Source: Candidatus Eiseniibacteriota bacterium
Lineage (GTDB): Bacteria; Eisenbacteria; RBG-16-71-46
Length of the DNA stretch: 64,000 nt
Direction of reading: 5' to 3'
Assembly: GCA_044223005.1 (NCBI GenBank)
Contig: JBGAML010000004.1
Location: 224,001-288,000 of the forward strand
Positions 50,204 through 60,379 of the stretch are shown piece by piece (position 1 is the stretch's first letter; the number at the start of each line of letters is the position of its first letter). A program made the position numbers and the translations under genes. The notes under the pieces were generated by a model that was not told the DNA's origin, ran no database searches, and was given only the letters and a program-made list of their open reading frames with translations.

Positions 50204-51256
50204 TCACTCGCTCGCGTCGCCCTCGGGCAGCGGCGCGTCCGCCATCTGCTCCTTCGGCGGTTCGGCCGGGCGCACGAGGATCGTCTTCTCGCGCTCGATG
50301 TAGACGAGGCCCGCCTTCGCGCCGCGCGGCTTGCGCACGTACTTCTTGAGCGTCCAGTTGACCGGCACCTTGCCGGCGGTGCGCGCCTTGGAGTGGTAGG
50401 CGGCCCAGCTCGCGACTTCGTCGAGCGTCGCCTTGCTCGGCTCGTTGGGACCCTTGCCGCGGCGCAGCACGACATGCGAGCCGGGACAGCCGTGCGCGTG
50501 GAACCAGTAGTCCTCGGGGCGCGCCATGTGCACGGTGAGGTGGTCGTTGCCCTCGCTGGTGCGCCCGATCAGCACGTCCCAGCCTTCGCGCGTGCGGAAC
50601 CGCCACGGCGTGAGCTTCGCCGGCAGCTCGCCCTTGCGCGGCGCGGGGCGCGCCGGCGTCGTCGGTGCGCCGGGTCGTGCGGCGGCCGTGGGCGCCGGCA
50701 GGCCGAGCTCGCGCCGCGTGAGCGGCGGGGGCGCCTTCACCTGTTCGCGCACCGTGACGCCGAGCAGGAAGAGCAGCCGCTCGAGCTCGAGCATCGCCGC
50801 GTCGCGCGTGTCGTCGTCGGTCGCCGACGCGTGCGCCGCGAGCTTCGCGCGCACCTCGACGAGTTCGCGCTCGACGGCCGTGATGCGCGGCGGCACGTCG
50901 CGCTGGCCGCGCTCGCCCTTCGCGGCGCGCTTGAAGTAGCGCGCCGCGTTCGCCGGCGCGGCGGCGTTCGGGTCGAGCGGGATCTCCAGCGTGCGCGTGG
51001 GATCTCCGGGGTCGGGGAGCGAGACGCTCGTCGCGCGCGCCGGCACCTGGCGCGCGTAGGCGAGAAGCGTCTCGCCGAAGCGCCGCCATTCGCCGGCCTT
51101 CCGTGCGTCCGCGAGATCGGCGCGCAGGCCCTCGAGCTTGCGCTCGACGCGCTTCGCGTACCGGCGCACGGCGCGCACGGTCGCGGCGGCGCGTTCGGCG
51201 GCCGGGTCCGAGGCGTCGGCAGGGGAGAGATCGTCGGCGTCGTCGTCTTCGAGCAT
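50204..51256 (-). CDS. RqcH/FbpA-like protein: coiled coil + NFACT RNA-binding domain, lacking the N-terminal NFACT-N region
   Basis: IPLDP...NAARYFKRAAK; VLIGRTSEGNDHLT...DYWFHAHGCPGSHVV...AAYHSKAR...KYVRKPRGAKAGLVY. Confidence 0.85.
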   Translation of the reverse strand: MLEDDDADDLSPADASDPAAERAAATVRAVRRYAKRVERKLEGLRADLADARKAGEWRRFGETLLAYARQVPARATSVSLPDPGDPTRTLEIPLDPNAAAPANAARYFKRAAKGERGQRDVPPRITAVERELVEVRAKLAAHASATDDDTRDAAMLELERLLFLLGVTVREQVKAPPPLTRRELGLPAPTAAARPGAPTTPARPAPRKGELPAKLTPWRFRTREGWDVLIGRTSEGNDHLTVHMARPEDYWFHAHGCPGSHVVLRRGKGPNEPSKATLDEVASWAAYHSKARTAGKVPVNWTLKKYVRKPRGAKAGLVYIEREKTILVRPAEPPKEQMADAPLPEGDASE

Positions 51257-51517
51257 GGCGACGCAGGCTAGGAGAGTGGTCGGATCCCGGCAAACCGCAC
51301 CCTTCGAGACCGAGGAGCGGCGGCGCCGAACAAAGGTGAGTGGTGCTGAAACTCGTTCAGTGAGGCGCGACGTTCCGTCCACCGATCAAGCCGCTCACAT
51401 CTTCATTGCAACTGCGTACCAACGTCCATAGCCTGCAAACCGTCTGGACGCTCCCCGCGTCGAGAACTGCCTCATGCTTCGTCACCGCCGTCCTCCCCAC
51501 CCGGAAGGAGCCCCCGC

Positions 51518-52060
51518 ATGCGAGTTCGTTTCCCGGCAACACTGCTCGCCACCGCGACCGCGCTGGTGTTCGCGGCCGCACTGGCGCAGGCCTGCCCGAT
51601 GAGCTGTGGCGCCAAGTCCGCTTGCGCCGCGCCCGCCGCCAAGTCCACGACGTCCGCCGCCGTCGTCGCGCCGTCGGCCCCGCTGCCGTCGGCCGCGCAG
51701 GTGCTCGCGCCCGCGCTGCCGTTCGCGCCGCTTCCTTCCGCGTCGACGCCCGTCTACGCGAGTGGTCTCGTCGCATTCCTCGACCCCGAGACGGGTCTCC
51801 TGACGGGTTCGATCAGCGACCTCGTCGTGCCCGGCGATCTCGCGGCCCTGCAGCACGCCGCGGCGACGCCGCTCGCCGAGGTCCAGCTCGCGAACGGTTC
51901 CTGGATGGTCGACCTGCAGGGCTCGATCCAGGATTACTACGTGCTGAACGTCGATGCGTTCGGCCGCCGCACGGTCGTCTGCACGCCGGAGCCGCTCGAG
52001 GTTTCGGTGCCGTCGCTCCCCGTCGCGCTGCCCACCACCCCCACCATCGCGGAGCGCTGA
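51518..52060 (+). CDS. Small secreted protein of unknown function
   Basis: AAGGAG RBS, signal peptide, Ala/Pro linker, compact domain VAFLDPETG...LANGSWMVDL...DAFGRRTVVC; stop lies 1 nt before the next gene. Confidence 0.7.
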   Translation: MRVRFPATLLATATALVFAAALAQACPMSCGAKSACAAPAAKSTTSAAVVAPSAPLPSAAQVLAPALPFAPLPSASTPVYASGLVAFLDPETGLLTGSISDLVVPGDLAALQHAAATPLAEVQLANGSWMVDLQGSIQDYYVLNVDAFGRRTVVCTPEPLEVSVPSLPVALPTTPTIAER

Positions 52061-52061
52061 C

Positions 52062-54038
52062 ATGACGACGACCCACACGGGATTCCGCCGCCTCGCCGCG
52101 CTCTCGCTCGCGGGGCTGTTCGCGTTCGCCGTCGCCGCGAACGCCGCCACGATCACGATCGTCAACAACGACGGCGTCGGTGAAGGCTTCAACGACGCCA
52201 CCGCCGTCGCGCCCGTCGGGGGCAACCCCGGGACCACGCTCGGCCAGCAGCGGCTCTACATCTTCCAGACCGCCGCGGCCATGTGGGGCTCGGTGCTCCC
52301 GAGCGCCGTGCTGATCCAGGTCAACTCGCAGTTCAACCCGCTCACGTGCACCGCCACCAGCGCGACGCTGGGCAGCACCGGCGCCACGACCATCCATCGC
52401 GACTTCGCCGGTGCGCCGTACTCGGGCACGTGGTACGTGCAGTCGCTCGCCAACCGCCTCTACGGTGCGGATCTCAACACCGCGCAGGCGGACATGAACT
52501 CGACGTTCAACTCGACGCTCGACAACGGCTCCGCGAGCTGCCTCGGCGGCCAGAAGTGGTACTACGGCGTCGACGGGCTCGAGGGCACGAACGTGGAACT
52601 GCTGCCGGTCTGCCTGCACGAGATGGCGCACGGCCTCGGCTTCATGACCACGACGAGCGGCAGCTCCGGTGCCTACAACTCGTCCTACCCGAGCATCTAC
52701 GACCGGTTCCTCGTCGACAAGATCACGGGCAACCACTGGGCGGACGCCGCCGAGACGCCCGCGCAGCGCGTCACGTCGGCCAAGTCCGTGGACCAGCTGG
52801 TGTGGGACGGCCCCGGCGTCACGTCGGCCGCGCCGGGCTTCCTCAACTACCAGCCGTACCTGAACGTCACCACGCCCGCGCTCGGCACGTTCAACGTGAA
52901 CGCGGCTGCGTTCGGTGGCGCGCTCACGCTCGGCGGTGTGACGGGTGACGTTGTGCTCATGCAGGACGTGCTCGCGCCCACCAGCGACGGCTGCGAGACG
53001 CTCGTCAACGGGCCGGCGCTCGCGGGCAAGATCGCGCTCGTCGACCGCGGTGTGTGCGCGTTCGTGGCCAAGGCCGAGTCGGCCCAGGCCAACGGCGCGA
53101 TCGCGCTGATCATCGCGAACAACGCCGCGGGCACCATCATCCCGGCCGGCACGGATCCCGCCATCACGATCCCGGTCGTGTCGATCACGCAGGCGCAGGG
53201 CACGACGCTCAAGACCGCCCTGGGCTCGGGCACCGTCACGGTGACGGTCGGCCTGAACCCGGCGCAGCGCGCGGGCTCCGACCTCGCGGGTCACGTGTAC
53301 ATGTACACGCCGACCACGTTCTCGTCGGGCTCGTCGGTGTCGCACTACGACATCACGCTGACGCCGAACGCCCTCATGGAGTACGCGATCAACGGCGACC
53401 TGCACAACAATCTCGACCTGACGCCGGCGCTGATGGCCGACATCGGCTGGATGGACTTCGCGACCGCGACCGAGCTCGCGCTGTTCACGGCGAACGACCT
53501 CGCGAACGGCATCGAAGTCGCGTGGCAGTTCGCGGAAGGTTCGGACGTCGGCTCGATCACGGTCGAGCGCTCGCCGTCCGAGTCCGGCCCGTGGGCGCCC
53601 GTCGCGATCACCTCGCGGCTCGAGGGCGAGCGGACGATCGCGTTCGATGGCAACGTCGAGCCGAACGCGACGTACTTCTACCGCCTCAGCGTGATGAATC
53701 ACGCGGGCCAGGTGAACAACTACGGCCTCGCGTCCGCGCGTCACGCCGGCGGCGTCACCGGTCCGGCCGTCCTGCTCGCGGCGGGCCCGAACCCGGCCAC
53801 GCGCGGAACCGCGCTCCAGTACCGGATCTCGCAGCCGACGATCGTGCACCTCTCGGTCGTCGATGCGAGCGGCCGCGTCGTGCGTTCGTTCCCGGGCACG
53901 ATGCAGGCCCCCGGCACGCACACGCAGGTGTGGGACCTGTCGTCGAACGCGGGTAGCCGCGTGGCATCGGGCCTGTACTTCGCGGTGATGCAGGCGGGCG
54001 GCGTCCGCAGCGTGCAGCGCATCGTCGTCACGCGCTGA
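52062..54038 (+). CDS. Secreted zinc metallopeptidase with PA domain and C-terminal FlgD/T9SS-like domain
   Basis: Signal peptide, LHEMAHGLGF (HExxH), PA domain GKIALVDRGVCAFVAKAESAQANGA, SSVSHYD...LME, PNP...VASGLYF. Confidence 0.88.
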   Translation: MTTTHTGFRRLAALSLAGLFAFAVAANAATITIVNNDGVGEGFNDATAVAPVGGNPGTTLGQQRLYIFQTAAAMWGSVLPSAVLIQVNSQFNPLTCTATSATLGSTGATTIHRDFAGAPYSGTWYVQSLANRLYGADLNTAQADMNSTFNSTLDNGSASCLGGQKWYYGVDGLEGTNVELLPVCLHEMAHGLGFMTTTSGSSGAYNSSYPSIYDRFLVDKITGNHWADAAETPAQRVTSAKSVDQLVWDGPGVTSAAPGFLNYQPYLNVTTPALGTFNVNAAAFGGALTLGGVTGDVVLMQDVLAPTSDGCETLVNGPALAGKIALVDRGVCAFVAKAESAQANGAIALIIANNAAGTIIPAGTDPAITIPVVSITQAQGTTLKTALGSGTVTVTVGLNPAQRAGSDLAGHVYMYTPTTFSSGSSVSHYDITLTPNALMEYAINGDLHNNLDLTPALMADIGWMDFATATELALFTANDLANGIEVAWQFAEGSDVGSITVERSPSESGPWAPVAITSRLEGERTIAFDGNVEPNATYFYRLSVMNHAGQVNNYGLASARHAGGVTGPAVLLAAGPNPATRGTALQYRISQPTIVHLSVVDASGRVVRSFPGTMQAPGTHTQVWDLSSNAGSRVASGLYFAVMQAGGVRSVQRIVVTR

Positions 54039-54055
54039 CGTTTCTCCGAAACACC

Positions 54056-54087
54056 ACGGCCCTCCCGGCGCGAGCCGGGAGGGCCGT
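54056..54087. terminator. Bidirectional terminator between convergent genes
   Basis: ACGGCCCTCCCGGC-GCGA-GCCGGGAGGGCCGT, perfect 14-bp stem. Confidence 0.8.
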
Positions 54088-54104
54088 TCGTTTCGGTGCG
54101 ACGT

Positions 54105-56483
54105 TCAGGGGACGACGACGAACCGGCGCGATTCGCGCCGGCCTGCGAACTCGAGCCGGACGAAGTAGCTGCCCGCCGGCAGGCCGCGCGTCTCGAGCCG
54201 CACGTCGTGCGCGCCCGCCGCGGCGCCCGCGTCGTGGAGCACGCTCGCCACGCGCCGGCCCTGTGCATCGAACAGCGCGACGTCCACCGGACCGGCGGAC
54301 GGCAACGTGAACCGCACGCGCGTGGCAGTGCGCGCCGGGTTCGGCGCGACCGGTGCGAGGAACGCGCCAAACGTGCGCGGCGACGGCTCGACGCCCGCGA
54401 CGTAGTCCGCTTTCCAGAAGCGATTCAGGGTGTTGATCGCACCTGCGATCAGGTTGCCGGTGCCGTCGACCAGCAGCGAGTACACGCCCGTCGTACCCGG
54501 GGTCCATGCTCCGTCGAGCGCGCCCGTCGTGGGATCGACCGCTGCGAGATTGTCGCGCGGCGTGCCGCCCACCTGCGTGAAGTTGCCGCCGACGTAGACG
54601 CGATTCGCGGTGGGCGCCAGCGCGAGCACCGTGCCGTTCACGTTGGGATTCCACGCGAGCAGCGAGCCCGTCGCGGTGCTGAACGCGGCGGCGTGACTGC
54701 GCGGCGAGCCCGCGACGTTGAGGAAGCTGCCGCCGGCGTACAGCGTGCCGCTCTGCACGGCGATCGCGATCACCGAGGCGTCCGCGTTGGGGGCCCACGA
54801 CGAGAGCGCGAGGGTGCCGAGATCGAACGAGGCGAGGTACTGGCGCGTCTGCGAGCTGACCGTGAAGAAGTTGCCGGCCATATAGAGCGTGCTGCCGTCG
54901 ATCGCCAGCGCGAACACCGTGCTGCTCGCCCCCGGGTTCCACGTGGTGGCCGCACCGGTCGCCGCGCTCACCGAGCCGATCCGGACGCGGGTCTGGCCGG
55001 CGAGCGTTCCGAAGAGCCCACCCACGTAGACGTTGCCGCCGTACACCGCGAGCGCGCGTACCATGCTGCCCGCTCCCGGGTTCCACGCGGTCGCGAGCCC
55101 GGTCGCCGAATCGACCGCCGCGAGGTTCGAGCGCGGCTGGCCGCCCATCGTCGTGAACTGGCCGCCCACGTAGACGAGACCGCCGGAGCAGGTGAGCACC
55201 CAGACGTCGCCGTCGGTCACCGGGGCCCACGCCGTCGGCTTCTTGGTCGTGAGATCGACGGCGCCGACGTGGTAGCGCGCGGTGCGGCCCGCGCTGGTGA
55301 ACGAGCCGCCCGCGAAGATGCGATTCGTGGAAGCGCTCAGTGTGCGGACGAGGTTGTTCGCGAGCGGGTTCCACGCCGTGGGCACGCCGGTCGTCGCGTC
55401 CACGACCGCGGCGTTGCCACGCGCCTGGCCGGCGATCGTGCTGAACACGCCGCCCACGAGGATGTTGGTCGAGAACGGCGCGAGGGTGAAGACCTGTCCG
55501 GAAACGTCGGCGCTGAACGCGGTCGCGAGCCCCGTCGTGGCATCCACCGCGCCGAGGTTCAGTCGCGGCGCGCCGCCGAGTGACGAGAACAGCCCGCCGA
55601 CGTAGACCGTGCTTCCGTCGACGAGCAGTGCGCCCACCTGGCCCGAGGGCAGCGGGTTCCACGCCGTCGCGGCGCCGGTGCCGAGATCCACGGCTCCGAG
55701 TCCGTTGCGGACCTGGCCGCCGAGCTGGCTGAACGAGCCACCGGCGTAGATCACGCCGCTGCCGAGCGCGAGTGCGGACACGTAGAGGTTCGCGCCGGGG
55801 TTCCACGCCGTCGCGAGTCCGGTCGAGGTGCTCACCGCGCCGATGTTCGTGCGGCGCTGCCCGCCGAGGCTGTCGAACACGCCGCCGACGTAGAGCGTCG
55901 TGCCCGAGAGGGCCAGCGATTGCACCGTGCTGAAGTCGTTCATGCGCGGCGCGAACGGGAGCACGGCGCCGGTCGCCTTCGAGACGGCCGCGAGGTTCGT
56001 GCGCGGCTGGCCGCCGACGGAGACGAAACCACCGCCCACGTAGAGCGCCGTCTGGCTGACGACGAGTGCCGAAACGGCGCCGTCGACCTGGGGATCGAAC
56101 GCTTCGTCGAACAACCCGGCGGACGTGATGTGCACGAGCGCCCGCCGTTCGACGCCGTCGATGTCCGTGAACTGGCCACCCACGAACCAGCCGCCGTAGC
56201 CGTCCGGCGTGGAGCAGTCGACCGAGCCGTTGAGGTAGGGCGACGGCGGCGACAGCACGCCGTCGGTGGTGTTGAGCACCGCCATGCCGCCCGTCCGGCG
56301 GCCGAGGCTCTTGAAGGTGCCGCCCAGGTAGAGCGTGTTCCCCGAGCGCGCCGATGCATACACGGCACCGTCGGCGTCGACGAACATCGAATCGCGTTGC
56401 TGCGCGGCGGCGATGCGGGGAACGAACCCGCCGACGGCGGCGGCGAGGGCGAAGACGTGCAGGCAGGTGCGGAACAGCCTCAT
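54105..56483 (-). CDS. Secreted beta-propeller repeat protein with C-terminal FlgD/T9SS-like domain
   Basis: About a dozen ~53-aa repeats (V.ALA..G..VYVGG.F...GG..R.NLAAVD..TG...AWNP); C-terminal PNP...LPAGSYFVRL...RFVVVP. Confidence 0.85.
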   Translation of the reverse strand: MRLFRTCLHVFALAAAVGGFVPRIAAAQQRDSMFVDADGAVYASARSGNTLYLGGTFKSLGRRTGGMAVLNTTDGVLSPPSPYLNGSVDCSTPDGYGGWFVGGQFTDIDGVERRALVHITSAGLFDEAFDPQVDGAVSALVVSQTALYVGGGFVSVGGQPRTNLAAVSKATGAVLPFAPRMNDFSTVQSLALSGTTLYVGGVFDSLGGQRRTNIGAVSTSTGLATAWNPGANLYVSALALGSGVIYAGGSFSQLGGQVRNGLGAVDLGTGAATAWNPLPSGQVGALLVDGSTVYVGGLFSSLGGAPRLNLGAVDATTGLATAFSADVSGQVFTLAPFSTNILVGGVFSTIAGQARGNAAVVDATTGVPTAWNPLANNLVRTLSASTNRIFAGGSFTSAGRTARYHVGAVDLTTKKPTAWAPVTDGDVWVLTCSGGLVYVGGQFTTMGGQPRSNLAAVDSATGLATAWNPGAGSMVRALAVYGGNVYVGGLFGTLAGQTRVRIGSVSAATGAATTWNPGASSTVFALAIDGSTLYMAGNFFTVSSQTRQYLASFDLGTLALSSWAPNADASVIAIAVQSGTLYAGGSFLNVAGSPRSHAAAFSTATGSLLAWNPNVNGTVLALAPTANRVYVGGNFTQVGGTPRDNLAAVDPTTGALDGAWTPGTTGVYSLLVDGTGNLIAGAINTLNRFWKADYVAGVEPSPRTFGAFLAPVAPNPARTATRVRFTLPSAGPVDVALFDAQGRRVASVLHDAGAAAGAHDVRLETRGLPAGSYFVRLEFAGRRESRRFVVVP

Positions 56484-56747
56484 GGGAACTCCTCTCGGTC
56501 GTGGGGACCGGCCGCCGGGGGGACGACGGTCGCGGAGGGGGCGCGAAGCCCCGAGACCTGCGAGGCTAACAACTCATGCGCGTGTTCCGACACGATTCAT
56601 TCACGAACGCGTGCGAAGTTGCGCCCAGGTGATCGCGCTTTGGTCCGCGTGAACGAAACCGCGTCCGTTTCGCGTTGCCGGAGTTCTGCGCGCGGGTTGC
56701 AGCGCACCGCGCCGCCGGGAGAGACTCGCGCCCGGGAGGACTCCACG

Positions 56748-57059
56748 ATGCCGAATCGCGTCTGTCATGGTTGCGGTGCCGCGGTCGCGTACGACGATCC
56801 GATCCCGCGCGCCGCCGAATGCGACGGCTGCGGCCGCGACCTGCGCTGCTGCCGCAACTGCCGGCACTGGGACGGGGCGCTGAACAACGAGTGCCGCGAG
56901 ACCGAGGCCGACCCGGTCGTGGACAAGTGGCGGCGGAACTTCTGCGAGTTCTTCGCGTGGTCGCCGGCGCCGTTCGCGCCCGACGCCGGCGCGAAGCGCG
57001 CGGCGGAAGCGCGCGCGAAGCTCGACGCGCTCTTTCGCAGGCCGCAGCCCGGGGACTGA
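56748..57059 (+). CDS. Small cysteine-rich putative metal-binding protein (103 aa)
   Basis: GGAGG RBS; CxxC...CxxC...CCxxC...C...NFCEFF; C-terminal ARAKLDALF. Confidence 0.8.
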   Translation: MPNRVCHGCGAAVAYDDPIPRAAECDGCGRDLRCCRNCRHWDGALNNECRETEADPVVDKWRRNFCEFFAWSPAPFAPDAGAKRAAEARAKLDALFRRPQPGD

Positions 57060-57204
57060 CGCCGGTACCGGCGCGCCACGCAAGCGCCGGCGCGAGCGCG
57101 AGACACGCCGTTCTCCACCGTGGGCGGTGCGGAACCGGTGGAGAAGCCCGGCCGCTCCCTACGGCCGCGGACCTGCGGTTCGGCCGCGAAAGACGCGGGG
57201 TTCT

Positions 57205-57234
57205 TTGACTCCGGCGCATCCGCTCCCGTACCTT
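57205..57234 (+). promoter_or_regulatory. Possible sigma70 promoter of the yicC-gmk-rpoZ-coaBC operon
   Basis: TTGACT-N18-TACCTT upstream of the GGAGGAGG RBS. Confidence 0.35.
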
Positions 57235-57269
57235 CCCACGTCCCCAGCCCGCCCGGAGGAGGCTCCCGC

Positions 57270-58148
57270 ATGATCCGCAGCATGACCGGCTATGGCGCCG
57301 CCGAGATCGAACGCAACGGCCAGCGCCTGAGTGCCGAGATCCGTTCGGTGAACCATCGTTTCTGCGAGGTCTCCGTACGGGCCCCCAAGGGCGTGCTGCT
57401 GTTCGAGGACCAGATCCGCCAGCTGATCCAGGACCGGTTCTCCCGCGGCAAGTTCAACCTCACGATCGCTTGGGCCGGGGCCGGCGGCGAAGGCGAGGTC
57501 CTGCGCCTCAACGAAGGCGTCGCCGATCGCTACGTGGCGCTGATGAACCAGCTGCGCGAGCGCTACAAGGTCGCCGGCGAACTCGACCTGCGCACGCTCG
57601 CGACGCTCCCCGACCTGTTCCAGTGGGAGCACACGGCGATGTCGGACGACGAGACCTGGACGCTCGTGCAGGAACTCGTCGGCCGGTGCTGCGACAGCAT
57701 GAACCAGATGAAGGCGCGCGAGGGCGCGGCGCTGGCCGCCGACCTCGAGAAGCGACTCGCGATCATCCGCACCGAGCTGCAGCACGTCTCGACGCGCGCG
57801 CCGCTGCGCCCCGTCGAGGCCAAGGAGCGCATGATGTCGCGCATCAAGGCCCTGCTCGACGACGTCGAGATGGACCCGATCCGGATCGCCCAGGAAGTCG
57901 CGATGCTCGCCGACCGGCTCGACTGCACCGAGGAGTGCGTGCGACTCGACGCGCACCTCGACCAGTTCCGCCACCTCAGCGATGGGCCGGAGCTCGCGGG
58001 CCGCAAGCTCAACTTCCTGCTGCAGGAGATGAACCGCGAAGCGAACACGATCGGCTCCAAGGGCAACGACGTGGAGATCGCGCACGCGGTGATCGTGATG
58101 AAGGAAGAAATCGAGCGCCTGCGCGAGCAGGTGCAGAACGTGGAGTGA
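57270..58148 (+). CDS. yicC: YicC/YloC-family endoribonuclease
   Basis: MIRSMTGYG, EIRSVNHRF, GRKLNFLLQEMNREANTIGSK, REQVQNVE. Confidence 0.96.
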   Translation: MIRSMTGYGAAEIERNGQRLSAEIRSVNHRFCEVSVRAPKGVLLFEDQIRQLIQDRFSRGKFNLTIAWAGAGGEGEVLRLNEGVADRYVALMNQLRERYKVAGELDLRTLATLPDLFQWEHTAMSDDETWTLVQELVGRCCDSMNQMKAREGAALAADLEKRLAIIRTELQHVSTRAPLRPVEAKERMMSRIKALLDDVEMDPIRIAQEVAMLADRLDCTEECVRLDAHLDQFRHLSDGPELAGRKLNFLLQEMNREANTIGSKGNDVEIAHAVIVMKEEIERLREQVQNVE

Positions 58149-58780
58149 GGGTGCCGCGAGCGAAGAAGCCCGCCGCGACGACGAGCCCCGGCCGCCTGAA
58201 GGCCGGCGGATTCGTGCTGGTCGTCTCGGGTCCGTCGGGCGTCGGGAAGGGCACCCTGGTGGCGGCGCTCATGAAGGCGCGCCCCAACTGCCGCTTCTCG
58301 GTCTCGGCGACCACGCGCCCGCCGCGGCGCGGTGAGCGCCACGGCCGCGAGTACTGGTTCCTGTCGCGCGCGGAGTTCGAGAAGCGCCGTCGCGCGGGCT
58401 GGTTCCTCGAATCGGCGAAGGTCCACGACAACTACTACGGCACTCCGGTGCCGGAGGTGGAGAAGAAGACCCGGTCCGGGCACGTGGTCGTGCTCGACAT
58501 CGACGTGCAGGGCGGCGCCAGCGTGCGCCGGGCGCTGCCCGAGGCCGTGTCGGTGTTCGTCGCGCCGCCGTCGGTGGCGGAACTCCGCCGCCGCCTGCTC
58601 GGGCGCGCGACCGATTCGGCCGCGGTGATCCGGACGCGGCTGCGCAACGCCCGGATCGAGATCCCCGAGTACGTGCACTACGATTACCTGGTCGTCAACG
58701 ACCGGCTGCCCGACGCCATCGCGCAGCTGATCGCGATTCACGACGTCGAGCGGCTGAGGGTCGCGCACCTCGCGAGCTGA
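58145..58780 (+). CDS. gmk: Guanylate kinase
   Basis: SGPSGVGKGT, SATTRPPR, YYGT, LDIDVQG, YDYLVVND; GTG start at 58145 or 58151. Confidence 0.96.
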   Translation: MRVPRAKKPAATTSPGRLKAGGFVLVVSGPSGVGKGTLVAALMKARPNCRFSVSATTRPPRRGERHGREYWFLSRAEFEKRRRAGWFLESAKVHDNYYGTPVPEVEKKTRSGHVVVLDIDVQGGASVRRALPEAVSVFVAPPSVAELRRRLLGRATDSAAVIRTRLRNARIEIPEYVHYDYLVVNDRLPDAIAQLIAIHDVERLRVAHLAS

Positions 58781-58857
58781 AGCCGTCCGCAGCGCCGCCG
58801 TCCGTCGGGTGGACGGCGCGCGCGAGTCCCCACCCGACGCACCACGCGGAGTCCTCC

Positions 58858-59085
58858 ATGAAGCTTTCGTCGCTGGTTCCTCCTCCCGGCAAGAGCAAGT
58901 ACGAGCTGGCCATCGTGGCCGCCCGCGAGGCGCGCCGCCTCAACGACTGGACGCGCCGCAGTGGCGAGACGCTGCCGGGCAAGGTCACCGCGGTGGCGCT
59001 CGAGCGCGTGATCCACGACGACGTGCCGTTCTACTACGAGGATCCGTCCGCGATCCTGGCCACGCCCGAAGCGCCGATCGAGTAG
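58858..59085 (+). CDS. rpoZ: RNA polymerase omega subunit
   Basis: SKYELAIVAAREARRL...KVTAVALE; conserved gmk-rpoZ-coaBC order. Confidence 0.85.
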   Translation: MKLSSLVPPPGKSKYELAIVAAREARRLNDWTRRSGETLPGKVTAVALERVIHDDVPFYYEDPSAILATPEAPIE

Positions 59086-59092
59086 GCGCGCC

Positions 59093-60379
59093 GTGCTGCG
59101 CGATCGCGTCGTCGTCGTCGGCGTCAGCGGAGGCATCGCGGCCTACAAGGCGTGCGAGCTCGTGCGCCGGCTGCGCGAGCGGGGCGCCTCGGTGATCGTG
59201 GTGATGACCGCCGCCGCGTGCGAGTTCGTCACGCCGCTCACGTTCCAGGCGCTCTCGGGCAACCCGGTCGTCACGACGCTCTGGGGCGACCAGAAGCCCC
59301 GCTTCGACCTGCCGCTCGAGTCGCAGCGGAAGCTGGGCGGTCGCGTCGAGCACGTCGACGTGGCCGAGGTCGCGGACTGCCTCGTGATCGCGCCAGCCAC
59401 CGCCGACCTCATGGCGCGCATGGTCCACGGCGAGGCGCCGGACGCGCTCACGTGCTTGGCGCTCGCGACGTCGGCGCCGCTCGTGGTCGCGCCGGCGATG
59501 GACCTCAAGATGTGGCGTGCGTCCGCGACGCAGGCGAACGTCCGGGCGCTGCGCGCGCGCGGCGCCCGCATCGTGGATCCCGGGACCGGTTTCCTCGCCT
59601 CCGGGCTCTCCGGCCCCGGCCGGCTCGCCGAGATCGCCGACATCGTCGCGGCCGTCGAGAAGGCGGTCGAAGCCCGCGCGAGCCTGCAGGGGCTGCGCGT
59701 ACTGGTGTCGGCCGGCCGCACCGAGGAGCCGCTGGATCCGGTGCGCGTGCTCACCAATCGCTCGAGCGGCCGCATGGGTTTCGCGCTGGCCGAAGCCGCG
59801 CGCGACCGCGGCGCAGACGTGACGGTGGTGGCGGGCCCGGTGAGCGTGGAGGCCCCGCACGGCGTGACGCTCGTGCCCGTCGTGACCGCCGACGAGATGC
59901 ACCGCGCGATGCGCGGCGCCGCGCCGCACGCCGATCTCGTGATCATGGCCGCGGCCGTCGCCGACTACCGCCCGCGCACCGTGTCGAAGGCGAAGCTCAA
60001 GCGCACGGCCGACCCGCTCGTGCTCGCGCTCGAGCCCAATCCCGACGTGCTCGCGAGCCTCGCGAAGGCGCGCAAGCCCGGGCAGACGTTCGTCGGTTTC
60101 GCGCTCGAGACGAACGACGGCGTCGCGAACGCGCGCCGGAAGCTCGCGGCCAAGGGCGTCGACCTGATCGTGCTCAACGCGCCTTCGGACGGGATCGGCA
60201 CCGAGACCAACCGCGTCACGCTGGTCGACGCGAAGCACGTGACGCCGCTGCCCGCCGCAGGCAAGCGCGACGTGGCCGAGGCGATCCTCGATCGCGCGTT
60301 GGCGATGCGGCCCGGCCGCACGCGCCCGCGCGCCCGCCGCGCGGCGCCGCGAGCCCAGCGCCGGAAGGGAACGCGATGA
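59093..60379 (+). CDS. coaBC: Bifunctional phosphopantothenoylcysteine decarboxylase/synthetase
   Basis: [52 protein letters not shown]. Confidence 0.97.
   Translation: MLRDRVVVVGVSGGIAAYKACELVRRLRERGASVIVVMTAAACEFVTPLTFQALSGNPVVTTLWGDQKPRFDLPLESQRKLGGRVEHVDVAEVADCLVIAPATADLMARMVHGEAPDALTCLALATSAPLVVAPAMDLKMWRASATQANVRALRARGARIVDPGTGFLASGLSGPGRLAEIADIVAAVEKAVEARASLQGLRVLVSAGRTEEPLDPVRVLTNRSSGRMGFALAEAARDRGADVTVVAGPVSVEAPHGVTLVPVVTADEMHRAMRGAAPHADLVIMAAAVADYRPRTVSKAKLKRTADPLVLALEPNPDVLASLAKARKPGQTFVGFALETNDGVANARRKLAAKGVDLIVLNAPSDGIGTETNRVTLVDAKHVTPLPAAGKRDVAEAILDRALAMRPGRTRPRARRAAPRAQRRKGTR

Noticed and set aside
54105..56483. Periodic nucleotide repeats such as GGGTTCCACGCCGT
   Set aside because: Explained by the ~53-aa beta-propeller protein repeats (AWNP motif); not a CRISPR or DNA repeat element.
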